Assembly: GCA_964035545.1 (NCBI GenBank)
Contig: OZ037773.1
Span: 9,887,751-9,951,750 of the forward strand
Source of the DNA: Bugula neritina
Taxonomy: Eukaryota > Animalia > Bryozoa
DNA: 64,000 nt
Reading direction: 5' to 3'
Shown here: positions 47,823 to 62,428 of the stretch, one piece after another
How the letters are laid out: each line of letters begins with the position of its first letter
How positions within the stretch are numbered: position 1 is the first letter of the stretch
Translations under genes and position numbers: made by a program
Notes under the pieces: generated by a model
What the model was told of the DNA's origin: nothing
The model's input: the letters and a program-made list of their open reading frames with translations, nothing else
Database searches by the model: none

Positions 47823-50800
47823 TACTGTACTATTACTATAAGTTATAAATTTTTTGATGCAGGTCTACCAAAGTATTGTAATAAAAGAAGTTGCATGCAG
47901 CATGTTTTATATTTTATATAATTATAAGCTTGATTTGTTGATTGCCTCTAACATTATTTGAAAATTTAAAAGATGCATATCTTGTACTTTGAGAGTTTTT
48001 ATAAGTTTACCTGTTATGAAGTAACAGACGCTTTCAATAAGCTCAGGTTTCTTAGTACTTGAACAAGCTGTTTAAGTTGATTAGAAATTTGCTCTTCACA
48101 CGTAGTTCATATAGATTATAGTACATAGACAACTTTTTAGTTTACAAATATCTACTAAAATTAATTCATATAAGACATATAAGAGTAAGTAGCATCAAGT
48201 ATTAGTTCCTGTGTCCCTTTTTCCCTTCCATGTCTTGATTGTACTATGTGGGAATTACTAGTCTTCATGAAAGAGATGAAAACATATAACACTTTTAAAA
48301 CCTGCACATTTTTTCCAACGTACTTGATAATTCATTTGAGTTTCCAGATAACAAGTACACAACCTAGCTGTGAATTATATGATAGCAACGTTATTATTTA
48401 TTTCTATATAATCCAAATTATTTTACCAGGAGTATTTTTTCATAACTGATAATTATAATTGGAAAACTATCTTTGCACTAGTTTTTGTATAAAGAGCTGA
48501 ATCTGTTTATGCGATCTGCAAACACAATTTAACTTTATCTCTGCTGGGTTGAGCAAGCAGAAAATATTATGTTTTGTAGTATTAGCCTTTTATCCTAAAT
48601 TACAGTTCATATCTTTTACCACACTCTTATCTATTTCCCCTTAAATATTAACAGGCCTCTTGCTATATGTTTAGCCGTTATCACTAAATATGCTGTTACA
48701 CAGAGAGAAATATTAGTGTTAGAGTGAACATTAGCTGACAACTAAAACCTCTCGTTTTTTGGATCCCTAAATTGACCAGCAGTGAATAGAAATTAGTGTC
48801 GGGTACTGTTCACAGTGAATAGTATGTTAGATCAATGTTGATATAAAGAGTTGTGAAGTTGATTCTTTGTATTTATCACAATGAGCCAAGTTATGCTCAA
48901 TGGTGATCTTATATATGTTCAATGGTGAGCTTAAATATTTTCGATGGTGATCTTATTTATGCTCAATAGTGATATTATTTCTGTTCAATAGTGATATTAT
49001 ATATGTTTAATGGTGAGCTTATTTCTGTTCAATGATGATCTTAGATATGCTCAATGCTGAACTAAGTTATATTCAAAGCTGAACTTATAAATGTTCCATG
49101 CTGCTCTAATTTTTGTTGGAAATAAGCTTCTGCAAAAATTATTACTGATCACTCTGAACTAACTTGTCATAACTTCTAACCAGTATGAGAGTATAGTAAT
49201 GTGGATTTTATTGTATACGATAGTTGAATATAAGAAATGCAACAAAAAATAACTTCTAAAGATTAAAATAAGAAAAAAAAACATGAAAATAAGCATTTGC
49301 AGAATTTTTCTACGACTGTAAATTCAGTTAACTTTTCTCAATATTAGCAGAACCTGCTAAGACCATAGTGTGTGTCATTACATTCTTGCTCTGTAGTGTA
49401 GCGATAACCAAGCAGTTGTGGTGTGTAATGGTTAGCACACCTGTGTGCAAGTCCGAGGTCTGTGATAGTAACCCAAGTACGGGAGGGGGGAGGGAGAAGT
49501 TTTATAACTAATTCCAGCGGTTAGTAAAGTGTGGTAGAACTCCGAGAGGAGTTGAGTGGTCAGGGAAGCTTGAAGGAGTAGTATAAAAAAGGCAGCTGAG
49601 TTCTTGAAAAGGGGGTAATGTGTAGTGTCGAGAGCACCCAGTGACGCTTGTAATGTAGTGGTGAGTGTGCCTGCTTGCAGGCTGAAGGTCTCAGCATGAT
49701 TCAAAGTTTTGTAGCGGTCAAATTCTTTTTTGTGCTTCTATTCAGCATCTTTGAGTGCATGTTCTTAAAAAATGTTATGGGGTCTACAACAAAAGATAAA
49801 AGTTGGGTAATATTTAAACTGTATTAGTATGAACAGCAAACATTTGGTTAAGATATACAATCACAAGCAGCTTATAAATTAAGTTCAACTTTGAAGAAGC
49901 TGAAGTCTAAGGCCAAAACTTATAGTATCAATGATGTTAGCTATGAATCTTTCAGCATATTTTCAGCACCATCATACCAATCGTTTGTTTCTGAATAACC
50001 ATACAGGCTTTGGCAAACTTATGATCATTATGTTGCGTAGTGTTTGGGTTAGTTTGAGCTTATCAAAATTTAGTAACAATTTTGGCCATCATTTTATTTT
50101 ACTTCTTTCTTAATTACAAATGCAAGAGCTGTTGGGCATAATTAGTTTAGTTAATAGAAGCTTCTCTGCATTAAAATTATCTCAAAATGTCAGTGAACCA
50201 CAATTTAAGCTGGAGTCAGCATTTTATATGGACCCCTCATATCGAGATAACAGATATTGATAAGTTTCAGTTTGTCTATAAATTGAAAAACAAATAAAGT
50301 ACTACCAAGAAAAATATTGCTACTTATACATGCTTTTATATTTAATTGTGCTGTGCAAAGATAAATAAAAGAATAAACTGGTAGCACGGAAGTTAATAAA
50401 AAAATTTGCCAACTCACCACTAGTATTGGCATTTTGGTACTTAGCTATAAAACAAGAAGCTAGCTTGGCAGCTGCTTAAGGCTAATAACTACTTGTAGGC
50501 TGCTAAACTGCATTATTAACAATACTTCTACAATGGGGGGGGAATTCAAATTAATGAATTCAGCACAAGTTGCTAGAAGGTGAAGTGGAAATAAAACGCT
50601 AAATTTTTTGAAAATATATTGTTACAGGAAAACTTGTATCAAATTGATATAGGAATAAAGTAGTTTGGGAAATATCAGTTAATGTGGTCTCTTAAAAGTT
50701 ATAGTTGCACAAATTCAATTATCTGTCTACAGCAATAGTCATACTGTCATTGTGATTGTGATATAAAATCAAAATGACAACGTTAAGCAAATGATTGAGC

Positions 50801-53800
50801 TTACCTTTTGCTGCAATGACAACTTCAGTTCCTAACTCTGAAAGAAAGTGATCATCTTCTATCTCTGAGAGGTAGCTGCAATCTTTACCCATGTGATGAA
50901 ATTATTGAATGTTTTCCATGTTGTGGGGTTGTTTGGAAGCACAAATTCACTGAATCTCAAAGCACAACCTCTTAGTCTGAGCCTCTGGTGTTCACTATGC
51001 CGGCAAAATACTTCTTCTGTCAATAGCAGTGAATGAAAATTATGTGCTGTTATGTAATAACCTATGTTTTGCTCTTTAGATGCTTGGTAAGCCAGTTTCT
51101 TGCCTTTGAATTACAATTTAAATATTTTCTTACTATAGCTCTGTTATGCAACATCTTCTTTTGTTCCACCAGGTAGTTTACACAAGTTTACACAAGGCTT
51201 TTGAAGTGGTTCACCTGATCCACAATTGACTATTCAGTAGCTTGTTTCATTGTTAATTTTAAGCTTCTTGTTTGAAACACATTTGCTGATAACTGAGTAC
51301 ATTGGAGTTTGTGGTGCATCTCCCTGATTTCTCTTTTACACACATTTTAAATTAGTTGGCTTTCCTTTCCATGAATGAAATTGACTAGTGAAGCCTAAAC
51401 TACCCATGCAAGAGATATGTGCAGTTGAAATTTTTTGTTGATAAATTCAACTTAAGTCTTTGATAAACGGAGTGGGGCAATGTTTAATAGTAGTCTGGTA
51501 ACAAGCTATTTGAAAATGTCTTGGGTTCAAAAAAATTTCGAAATCATAAACAGCTAGTAGGTTGAAGGAGTTTCATTCCACTTTTATGCTCCCCAGTTGG
51601 GTTGTATTTTTTGTTTTGGTATCAAGTATTATATACCTATATACCCTTATATAACTTTCATATCAATTGCTAAACATAAAATAACCATTAATATGATATA
51701 TTTGCAATAATATTTAAATTTTTCCAAATTTGTGTTGAAAAAAAGCATTAAATGCATTAATAATAACATTTTTTCAAAAAACAAAAAATTTAGAAAATGC
51801 AAAATTAATAGGTTTATGCAGAGCAAAGAAATTTATTTGTGTGCCAATTATAAAAAGCAATTGACTCAAATTTATTTAAATGCACATATATTTCAATAGT
51901 ATTCAAATAAATTGCACGTAAAATGTATAAATAGCATCTAACTGGGAAGCACCAATTGAAATGACCCAAATGTAGGGTTCAACTTTATCCTAGCTTCCTA
52001 TAAAGGTTTGTGATCATCATTAGTGCACATGTGAACGAATAATGTTGTTAGGTGAACAACTGCCGATTGTTCCATAATTCTTATGTAAATTAAAGTTTGC
52101 TTGAACATATGTAGTTGTAGCATTGATCTCACTTTCTGCTCTTATCAATTAATGTTTAGCTTCATTAAGACCTAGGGATGATAATTACGTAATACTTGTG
52201 AAAAGTAGCGTTGACTTAACAACTAAGTGGTTTCAGAGCTACTACAAAATATTTTTCAGCTTACACTAATCGGATTAATTTTCAATTTCATCAAAATAAG
52301 TGCAGGTCTAACAACTATTAGAGGTGTGGTGCAGGCTATACCAACAATAAAAGGCTTTTTGAACAACTTTAGTGCAAGCACTGCACTAATATTTCTCTCT
52401 GTGTATACACAATGAAGAGATCAGAGGTTATCACACTGATAACATACTGTTATAATGTTTAGAGGTCATGCAAGGGTTTGTTTATTATCTCAGCTGTCAT
52501 CAGCCTAATGATAGGCCATGCACCAGCTGTAATTATTACATAATATTTGCTGTGGATAATGCTTATATAAATTGTTTGACACAATAATTGTTGTAGATTA
52601 CACCTAAGGCTAAATTGATAAACACTGCTTTACGCTAAAATAATTAAAACGGTCTTAAAACACAGCTTCATGTTCAAAGTACTGCTGTGAAAACTCATTC
52701 AAGTTCTATAAAGTCTATGACAAGTACAGTAACTAAATGTGCCCCAGAAAAATCGCTTATGAACTTCATCTATATGAAGTGTGTCAGGGATTCTTTAGGT
52801 AATATAGTTATGGCTTATTATGGAATGTGGCACAGCTTCCTTTTTATAGTAAAGTTTTGTCATTTTATTTGCATCATGCGTAAGTTATATAGCTATGTAT
52901 GCCTTTCAGATATTAGTAATTAAAACATAACATAGATACTTGACATCTTCTAGAACATTTCAAAAATAATTAGCGCAACAAATATTGTTGTCTGTATATT
53001 TTAATATGTTTCATTACTATTTTCTTCAACTTGAAATCATAGCAATTTTTTGTGGTTTTTCTTGCTGAAATATTACAGGTCAATGTATGCAATATGTAAC
53101 TGAGAATTGAGTGTATAAATACAATATAATGACTATAATATTTTGCATTGCCCTGGAGTCCAAAGGGGCTCTCCTTACCTAGCTGCTTTTAAAGATCGGT
53201 CAGCAGTCCAAAAGGTCAATATGACAACAGCAGTAAACAAACATCATAAACAAAAGAGCTCTCTAACGACAATAAAAACAAGTTTGGCCACCCAGGTTGT
53301 ACCCTTGCTCAACACCTTTAAACAGCTTTATACAACATATTATATTTCATTTCATTACACCATTCTGTTTAAACTAAAATGGATGTTTCTCAAAAAATGT
53401 TATTTGATATTTGCTATCATCCAAGGCTCAGCCCACCCTGTAAAATTGAAATTATCATGAAAGGATGACTCCAAAAATTAATTGATTATTCATGTATTAC
53501 TTGAAGGTCTTTGTCAGACGATGCATTCAGAAAAATGGAGATGCCTGTGAATTCTGTGGCAGGGCAGCACTCTCCCCATTACGTCTACCCCATGAAGCTA
53601 CAGAGTCCTCAGTCTAACTACTGCATGGAACCACATTTACCAGCAACTCCTCTTCAGCCACTAGCTACTCAGCTGTCATATGAAGGGCAACAGCAGGTGC
53701 TCAAACACAGGTTACACAGGTGAGTTATGACTGGTCTTGTAAAGTTCTGTCACACAACAATTGTACTGGAACAATAGTGCATTCGATAATTGGATTTCTT

Positions 53801-56800
53801 AGATGGAGGTTATTAATCAGGTTTTTATTCTTGGAGTTTTTCTCTCCCAAAATCTTGCATTTAAAGACTAAATTTTATATAGTTTAAAAAGCATATTTTT
53901 CAAATGTAAAAGATAATTACTATTTATATGTTGTTAACATACTATTATCACTTATGATGCCTTTCAGTGATGGAGGAGACAATCACAATATATATGAAGA
54001 AATGCGTGACGTGGGAAAGTCACACTCATTCAGAAAGTATGTAGTCTGATTTCACTTCTGTTTGATTGCCTAAGTTCTTACTTTTCAGTCACAAAATATA
54101 TCTCCAGCACTAATACTATATATAGTTACTCTCAGCAAGTTTTTGGTACTAATTTGAATTTAACGATGTTGAAGATGTTCATAGAATTTAAACCCTAGTG
54201 GTGTAAGCAATTAATCGAGTGCAGCAATTTTTGCCCTGTTGAGTCATTTACTTATAAACCATATTTGCTTAAAAATAAATTTTGAAAAGCGGAAATATTT
54301 CAAATTGAGCTTTACAAGTTTGTAAAAAGTTGAAAATATTATTTTATGGAATGAAGGAACATTTTTTAGGACTTCTAAAGACTTAATCAACCGTCCTCTT
54401 CCAAAAACCGGATACACAGAAAGTGGGAGGAAACAGTTTGATGAGGTGGAAGAGGGTACTGAATATTCAACATACAGCGTTCCTCCTGATCCGGGGTAAG
54501 GCAACTCCATGAATTACTGACAAAGTTAGCACATAGTGTCCAGGGATAAGGCAACTCTATGAATTGCTAAAATAAAATTAGCACATAGTATAATTCAGTA
54601 ATACCATAAGCTGTGTTTGATGCGATGTATAATGTGTTTTAGTATTAGTACACATTAAAACACGTTCTAAACTCTTACTCAAAGTTTGGACTTAAGAGAA
54701 GTTGGTACTAGAAAGCACTGTGTATGCTCTCTTGACACAGCCAGCATATATAAATTGATCTCTAAGCTGTACAGTATTCTTTGATTATAGCATTAAGAAG
54801 TACAACCCACTGTATGGAGAAATCAGTTCCACTGAGAAGAGAGAGAGCGTGGACAAGAAGCTTAGAGACAGTCACATGTCCAGCTTTCCTTCAGTGGTGA
54901 ACGTAAAAAGGGACAACTCCTGTAATAAGTGCTCATGTGGAATATCTCTTCTGGCAATTCTTGTGTCCTTAGCTGCCATGGCCATAGTCCTGCTGACTGC
55001 AACCAACACTATCAGTTTAGCTTGTAAGTAAACATGCTGCCTGCAAAAACAAACTTCGACGCAAAACGTAATATTGAGCTAAAATAATTGATATAGTATT
55101 GTCTTCAAATAGGAGTGTGTTGTGGTAGTTTTTAAGGTTATTCATTATCTAGAAACAAAATTTTTGCTTTTAGATAATTTTTTTCAACTTCAACTTATTA
55201 AATAGCTGGTTTTTTTAAAAAGACAATTAAATTCATAGCATCTAGCATGAGCAGTTTGTTATAGTTTTCAATAGCTGAAACCAATATGATGAATTCACTA
55301 TATCCTGGTCAGTGCGTTATCTGTGTATTAGTTAGTATTTATAAGGGCTGTTTAATATCCTTATGTTGTAATTAATGTGCTATTTTAACCTCTGGTTTTA
55401 TTGTTGGTAATTAACCATGACTCACTCAGTCACTGCAGTTCCAATAAGGAACTTATAGTGCCTGATTGACATCACACATAATTTGCTGCTGATGATCTAA
55501 GTGAACGGAAAAATGTGATCAGCAGTGACTTTAGCTTTATTCTCTAGTGATAATTCTTACAACTAGTATTGGAGATAATTTATTTAATTTTATGTTGTAG
55601 CTGATTCGAGTAGTACCGGTGTTGTTGGAGTCTCTTCAGCAATAACTAGTCAATCAGAGTTTGACAAGTTGGCTCAAAATGTGAGTTTACAATGTTTTCC
55701 ATACGATGTAACATGATTATGGTGTACATCATATTTAATAATATATTTTGCATTTTTGAAGTCTTAGTAATTAGTTTTTTCCCTTACAGCTAAGCATGGC
55801 ATTTAAAAATCAATAAAAATTCTTAGAGGCAAAAAAATTAAAAGCTAAGCAATGATATTTTCTTATTTAATTTTGAAAATTGTATTTTATGCAATAAATT
55901 AGGTAACACAGCTTCATATGTAATGAAGATTATCAATTTTATTGAATAAAAAATAATCATAATTTTATGTATTTCCAAAGAAATTGTGTGCTTAGAAGCA
56001 CTGGATAATAAATATTCAAGTTCAATAAACAAACATGTATAAACACAAAAATTACTAATATTTTTTGCAATTTTCTGTTGTAGATAACAGAATTATATGC
56101 CAGATTAGAGTCTCAAATGAGTTTAAATAATGAACTTAGTGCCACAGTAAGTATCACATTATAGTAAGGGGTGTGTCACATAGTAGGGGGTGTGTCACAT
56201 AATAAGGGGTGTGTCACATAGTAGTGCATGGGTGTGTCATATAGTAGGGGGTTTGTCACGTAATAGTAGTGGGTCTGTCATATAGTAGGGGGTGTGTCAT
56301 ATAGTAAGGGGTGTGTCATATAGTAGGGGGTGTGTCATATAGTAGTGGGTGTGTTACATAGTAGTGGGTGAGTCACATAATAGGAGGTGTGTCACATAAT
56401 AGGAGGTGTGTCACATGGTAGTAGGTGAGTCACATAATAGTCAGTGCGTGTCAAATGATTGCAGTCTATGTTCAACATAATAGAGTTTCCATGTAGTTTT
56501 GAAGTTTGCGTAATAATAAGTAGTTATTTAATTTAAAAGTTGAAAGTTGAGGTTTTATTGACTTTTGGCATAGCATGAGCTCTATATTGTAATCTAACTT
56601 GATATATTTTATTTACACACTTTTAGATTGCAACCCTTCAAACAAGAAACGATAACTTGACTCAGTTAGTGACAAACCTGCAACATGTGAGTATAATTGT
56701 TTATCCGTCAAAATATATTTCTAAACTTTATTTTAATTTTAAAAACAACAATACTACACTACATTTATTTGCTAAAATATTTAAATGAGCAATAAATAAG

Positions 56801-59013
56801 TTCATATTCCTAATTAAACTTGTTATATCTTTCAATAAACTGCAAACTGCAAAAAATAATTTGCCGTGACTTTTGTAGCAAGTAGAAGGAAGTTCAAACA
56901 ACACAGACTCCACTTTCTCTGGAATAAACAGCTCACTCTTGTTGTTTGAGAGTCAGCTCACCGATGTGACTAGTAACATTAGCCTTGTTCATCAAAGTCT
57001 CTTCGACTTCATAACGAATGTGTCAAACTCGGTCCCTTCACAGGGACCAATAGGAGAACCTGGGCCACAGGTATTTATTCTCTTTTGTAGAGTGTAATTT
57101 GGAGTTATCTTCATTAAGATCTCATGTGCCATTGAGGCAGGTTGTAAGCCTATATTATTATAGTTACAAACTTTTGCAAGGTGTTCAGCCAAATTTTACT
57201 GCAATACAAATTAGTTTTAGTCATGGATTGCCCAGTTTTGGATTGTAACTCAAATTGCTTAGTTTTACAAAGTTAGTCCTGTGAAATTATCTGGGTCTTG
57301 CATACCAACACCGTATATGCAATGGGGAACTGTTGTTAATACCAACACTGTATATATAATTAGGAGTTGTCTCGTCAATGTACACGTATATTATAATATG
57401 CTTTGTTTCAGGGTGCAACTGGATTCATAAACGTATCATTGTGTAGTCACAGGAGAAATCTTAAGATTCTTTCCACTTATACAGCTGTTACTCAAGTTGT
57501 CTCAGATTCTTCACAGGTAAGAATTCTTATAATTGCTAGAATATCATACATAATATTGCATAATATATTGGATTCACCAAATTTCATTATATTATACAAT
57601 ATAGCAAAATATATAACATATTGTATATACCATATAGTATATATTGTATATCACAAAATAATATACCATCACTATCATGTAATTACCTACTCTTTTTCTC
57701 AATAATTTAAACTGGCTTTGTCTTTGCTATATATTGATATTTGATGCTAAAACTTTGATTGTTTTGCTGTGCAGACAAATTTGATTCATTAATAAATTTA
57801 TATAAATATATAATATTTTATATATAATATAATATAGTATTTATATAATATATATTTACATTAATTGCTTAATTTAAAAATGTATTATTTTTCTCAGTTT
57901 TTAATTCTATGCTGAAGTGTTGATTTGTGTGTTATATCCTAATATATTTTTATCTTTTATATAGGAGAAGATAATTGCAGCAACTTGTAGCTTTGAGAAA
58001 TACACAGCTGCAACTTTAAAGACATCTACACAAAATAGTTTCACGAGTTACCAGTAAGTGTAATAGTAAACTAGTTGGAATCGTTGTATATTTAGACTAA
58101 TCATCAGCCGTTTCCATTTTTGTATTAACTATATTATTTCTTTACACGAAATTGTTTGTTTGCTGATAAAAATCCAGTAAACATAAATCTTAAATACCCT
58201 TGGGACTATAGTATTATACAAGCAACTTAAACTAGTAATGATACGTTAGTTCAATTATTGGGTGTGAAATATTTCAGCTACTGTTTACTGTCTGTAGAAT
58301 AAATTAGATAACTATTATAGTGTTTATTCTAAGACACACCTATAAAATGTATCAATGATCTTTAATGAATAAGTCGTATAATATAGTCATTATCAAGTTG
58401 AATAAATTTAATAAAGGAAAACTGTTGAATATATTTTACAATTTAAGTCATACAATATATTTATAATTAAGTCATAATTTCCTGTGCCACATATAAATAA
58501 GCCCTTAGCCCGCTTAAACAACAAATCCTCCATCACGGGGTTTCTCACAGTGACTATAACAAACTTGTGCTAGTTAAATTTATTTATAAACTAGTAAGTT
58601 TTAATCATCGATATAGTAGATTTTCTTAATCAATAGCATTAGCAGACAAGTTGCTGTCTTGTGATTTACTTTGTGGAAGTTTTAGTTTCTTAACCAAAAA
58701 CATTGAATAGTAGTCAACACAGTAGAAGTATATTTTGTACAGTTGAAAGTTTTCATCAACTTTATTGCAGTAGCATGCCAATAAATCGGTCAGAACTTCG
58801 ATCAAGCTACTATAATTCTATAACTTTGACAGTGGAAGCTATAGTTTTAACATATATTAACACATGCTACAAACGTTATGTTTTAGAAAGTTTTCCTCAG
58901 GCAATATTTTTCTATATTTTAGTTGCTCATGTACAACAGTCGAGTCCACTGCCCCATCTGATGGAGAGTGTGCCATACATTACTGGACTTGTGCTCTGCC
59001 AGCCTCTGTATGA
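46260..59013 (+). CDS. Cluster gene E: type II membrane receptor-like protein with motif-rich cytoplasmic tail, ~514 aa, 13 exons
   Basis: Exons 46260-46455, 47514-47706, 53507-53719, 53968-54036 (NIYEEM), 54370-54495 (RPLP, YSVP), 54791-55023 (NPLY; TM GISLLAILVSLAAMAIVLLTA), 55601-55680, 56084-56146, 56627-56686, 57044-57070 (GPIGEPGPQ), 57412-57516, 57965-58053 (EKIIAATCS), 58923-59013 (CSCTT...CAIHYWTCALPASV*). Total 1545 nt, open, all GT-AG. Confidence 0.88.
47757..47820. repeat. (TA)n microsatellite
   Basis: Seen directly. Confidence 0.95.
48878..49100. repeat. Degenerate minisatellite, ~22-bp unit (TCAATGGTGATCTTATATATGT) x ~9
   Basis: Recurrent TCAAT(G/A)GTGA motif at ~22-bp spacing. 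Confidence 0.8.
49411..49490 (+). mobile_element. Degenerate tRNA-like head (SINE family 2 or tRNA pseudogene)
   Basis: GTGTAATGGTTAGCACACCTGTGTGCAAGTCCGAGGTC resembles the 60335 element (GTGTAGTGGTTAGTGCGCTTGCTTGCAAGTCGGAGGTC); B-box decayed. Confidence 0.5.
56155..56452. repeat. Minisatellite, ~19-20-bp unit (CATAGTAGGGGGTGTGTCA) x ~15 in a gene E intron
   Basis: Seen directly. Confidence 0.93.
58495..58558 (+). mobile_element. 3' fragment of SINE family 1
   Basis: AATAAGCCCTTAGCCCGCTTAAACAACAAATCCTCCATCACGGGGTTTCTCACAG matches the 3' half of the 19695 copy. Confidence 0.55.
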
Positions 59014-60074
59014 GTTGTACTCAGTTTGAGTTTTTCACTCTGACTAAGAATTATGACTCAAGACTGTGAATCATTATCACAACTTGTACATTCCTCTAAT
59101 CGGAGTTGTGCTACCCATGCCTATAGCCTGAGTTATATTAATAGTCTGAGTATCATGCACTTCCTTACTTTTATTTTGAGCATTACTATGTTTATCCGTA
59201 CTGCGAGTGGTTTTTATAATCTTCACTGCTTGTTCATTATATGTATAACCATTTTCTAAGACTCTGTTGGTTTGGATCGAAAGACGATGACTATTTAATC
59301 AGAAAATGTATTAAATATACTTTTTATTACAATACAAAAGGGTAGCATGCTTTAATGCCATACCATTTTGTTTTTAGTTTTATTTATTACTAATGCTGAA
59401 CTATAATACTCACTTCTAAAAGAATCACCATTTTATGTAAATATATGTGACCTTATTTTATAGGATATTTGGATGAAAAAAGTTAATTAATCCAATTGTA
59501 TTTCTTGTTCATATGAATTCTCCTCAAGAGTTTCAACTACTATAAGCTACAACTTTTTACTGTTGATTCTGTTCTTTCTGGAATGCTTAATTTAAAGCTT
59601 TTGTATGTTAATCTGAGGTTTCAAAAATTTAAAGTTTTCAAAGCATCAATTTCAAACTGCAAGTTCTAACAAGTTTTATTTTTACTTCATTTAAATTAAT
59701 GCGTATAATAACAAAACTATAACTGCTAAAACGTCAAACTTTAATGTCTTTTTTGTAATGTTTTCCACTTAATTGATGCACATGCATTAAAAAATCAAGC
59801 GTTTTTGCATTATATTATGCAGGGTTTTGTGCTGATTATATAGCTGCAATTATAATTAATATGCTGTTGTATTAAGGTTATATTTTTTCAAAATAAATTG
59901 CTTATTTCCAAAAATAAAATTTGATTATTTAATAATTTTTTGCAATTTTATCTAGCTACTATTGTTGCTTCAATAAATCAAATAATAACAAAAAAGTTTA
60001 AATATATTCTTCAAATATACTGTTAAATTTTGTATAGAAAGACAAAATATGTATTTTAATACATATTATTATAG

Positions 60075-60200
<126 letters not shown>

Positions 60201-60334
60201 ACCTAATATAGATGCTTTAAAGATATTATAATTCTCTCTCTGTGAAAATAAATTTAGTTTCGATTTCATGTGTTTTATACCGCCAAGTTTGCTTCTTAGG
60301 AAACCAGATTGTGTAGCGCTGAGTTTACCCAGTA

Positions 60335-60409
60335 GCCCATATATAGTGTAGTGGTTAGTGCGCTTGCTTGCAAGTCGGAGGTCTCCGGTTTAAATCCCAT
60401 GGGTGGGGC
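60335..60409 (+). pseudogene. tRNA-like sequence (tRNA pseudogene or SINE head, family 2)
   Basis: 75 nt with A-box TAGTGTAGTGG and B-box GGTTTAAATCC (the C of TTC is lost); acceptor, anticodon and T stems pair imperfectly. Confidence 0.6.
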
Positions 60410-62428
60410 GAAAATTTTATACACACTTATAATGTATTTGTCATGATTTGAAAAAGCCAACATATCAAGCAGTTAAAAAGTGTTTCTGCATGCCAAAACC
60501 AGTACCAACCACTGGTATCACTTAGATTTATACTCTTTGCTACCTTCAGTGTATCCGTTTAGTGAGAGCTAGGGTATGGTGTGTTTAATTATAGTCTTCA
60601 TTTAATATATTGAAATTTTATGCATTAATGAATTTTGAAGGAAAAGTGATGAACAAACTTATTATGCTGCATGGATGCAAAAAGTGGCACAATAAGCTGG
60701 TGTTTTTTGGTTAGGAATTTAGGAAGTACTCTGTAAGTTTTAATGACACCAGTAATTATGCATAAATAGATAATTAGATGGTAAACCAGTTAACGATTTG
60801 TTATTCTAAAATTGACACAATTTCAAAGTGTGCCCTTGTCCAGGGTCTTTTTGAGCTTGTCTTTGATCTAGAATGATTTGGTTAGAATTTGCAAATCATT
60901 TCCAACTTTTATTCAAATTAACAACTTTGCGGTCATTTCATTTTACTATTTTAATTAAGTTTCACTCCTACATCTTAACAGATCTTTGAGGGTCAAATCA
61001 TCAAAATCAGAATTTATAAGAAAACCAAATAATTATAATATTGAAATTGGTTATCAATCTTTATAGAAAAAAGTAACCTATATACGTCCTCAGTAATATA
61101 TATATTATAGATATAGGTTTTCAAATCTTTTTAGAGTACATGGTAAAAACCCTTTTTAGGATACATGCATGGTACAGACATTTTATGCTGCAAACTTTTT
61201 ATGGTGCGAACTTGTTATGGTACAGATCTCATGTATAGACTTAACGGTATTAATAGTTTGCGCTTTATAATATAGCATTGTTGATAGTTTTGATTCAATA
61301 TAAACTACAGGTTCTTGTATGTGACTAAGCTGACGGTGTCTTCAAGTCTGGTAAGTAATTTATGTGTATAAGCTAGAATTTATTACATTCTTTTGTACCA
61401 AAGGTATAGATCGATGCATTCACAGTAAATGTATAGAAAAAAAGTAAATGGTTGGTGTAATATATATAATGAAAAAGCTACTAATAAAAACTCGCAGTTT
61501 GTGAAAGGGTAAATCTACGATATCATTGATTTTCATAGGGTTTAAAAGGTGAAAATATTTAGATAGTACAAATTCATAAGCAAATGCATCATTTGAAAAT
61601 GTATCTCCGCAGTCATTAATAATGCTGACGATATTTGAAAGCGTGAAACCTCTTGTGGCATGAGTCAGAAAGAATATGGTATATTGCCCGGAAACTGTGC
61701 TGTAAGAAGTTTGGAGGTAGTTACAATAGAAACCCTTACAATTTTCAGCACTCTAATTTAAAATACTGCAGCTTGCTTATTAATTGCTTATATCAATTGA
61801 TGGCAAGTCACATCCTAATAAACCACTGCATATGGTATCAGATTTTGGAAATCAAAATGCTCTGAGGAATTATTTCATTTTTTTTTAATCTACGGGTAAA
61901 GCATTTCAAGATGTGGGCACTGATATCTAGAGAAGATTACATAGCAGGCGGCTATACCGCTCTTCTCCTTAGCCATCGAGCATTATAGCAATTTCTTATC
62001 ATTTCAAAAAATAATGGCTAATAAATTGTAAAAGGCCAACTTAGATAAAAGTTTTAAAGAATATAATAGTGTTCAGCATTCAATATTTTTAAGTAGCAAG
62101 CTTGCAGTGTGCTTTATTTTTGAAATGCTTTTCTGGAAGGCTCAAATATACATGCTCGTAAAATATTATTCCAATAATTTCCGTTCACACATTAATCAAC
62201 TCACTTATAATGAACTCAAACTAACGCATTAAACCTGAAATAATCAACAAAGGCTCAAAACTTTCATTTAACAGAGTTGAAATTAACCTCTATGTTTATA
62301 TAAGGTTTTCCAACACTTTGTACTTAAAACTTTCAGTTAACTGCAGTTAAAGAATGAATCATTGGTGTTGTATCACTATGGTGACAGGTAAACATATAAT
62401 TTTTTCTGATATAGTCTGCATTTAATAG

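Noticed and set aside
60335-60409. Functional tRNA gene
   Set aside because: Poor stem pairing, T-loop lacks TTC, and a related decayed copy exists at 49411; treated as a pseudogene or SINE head.
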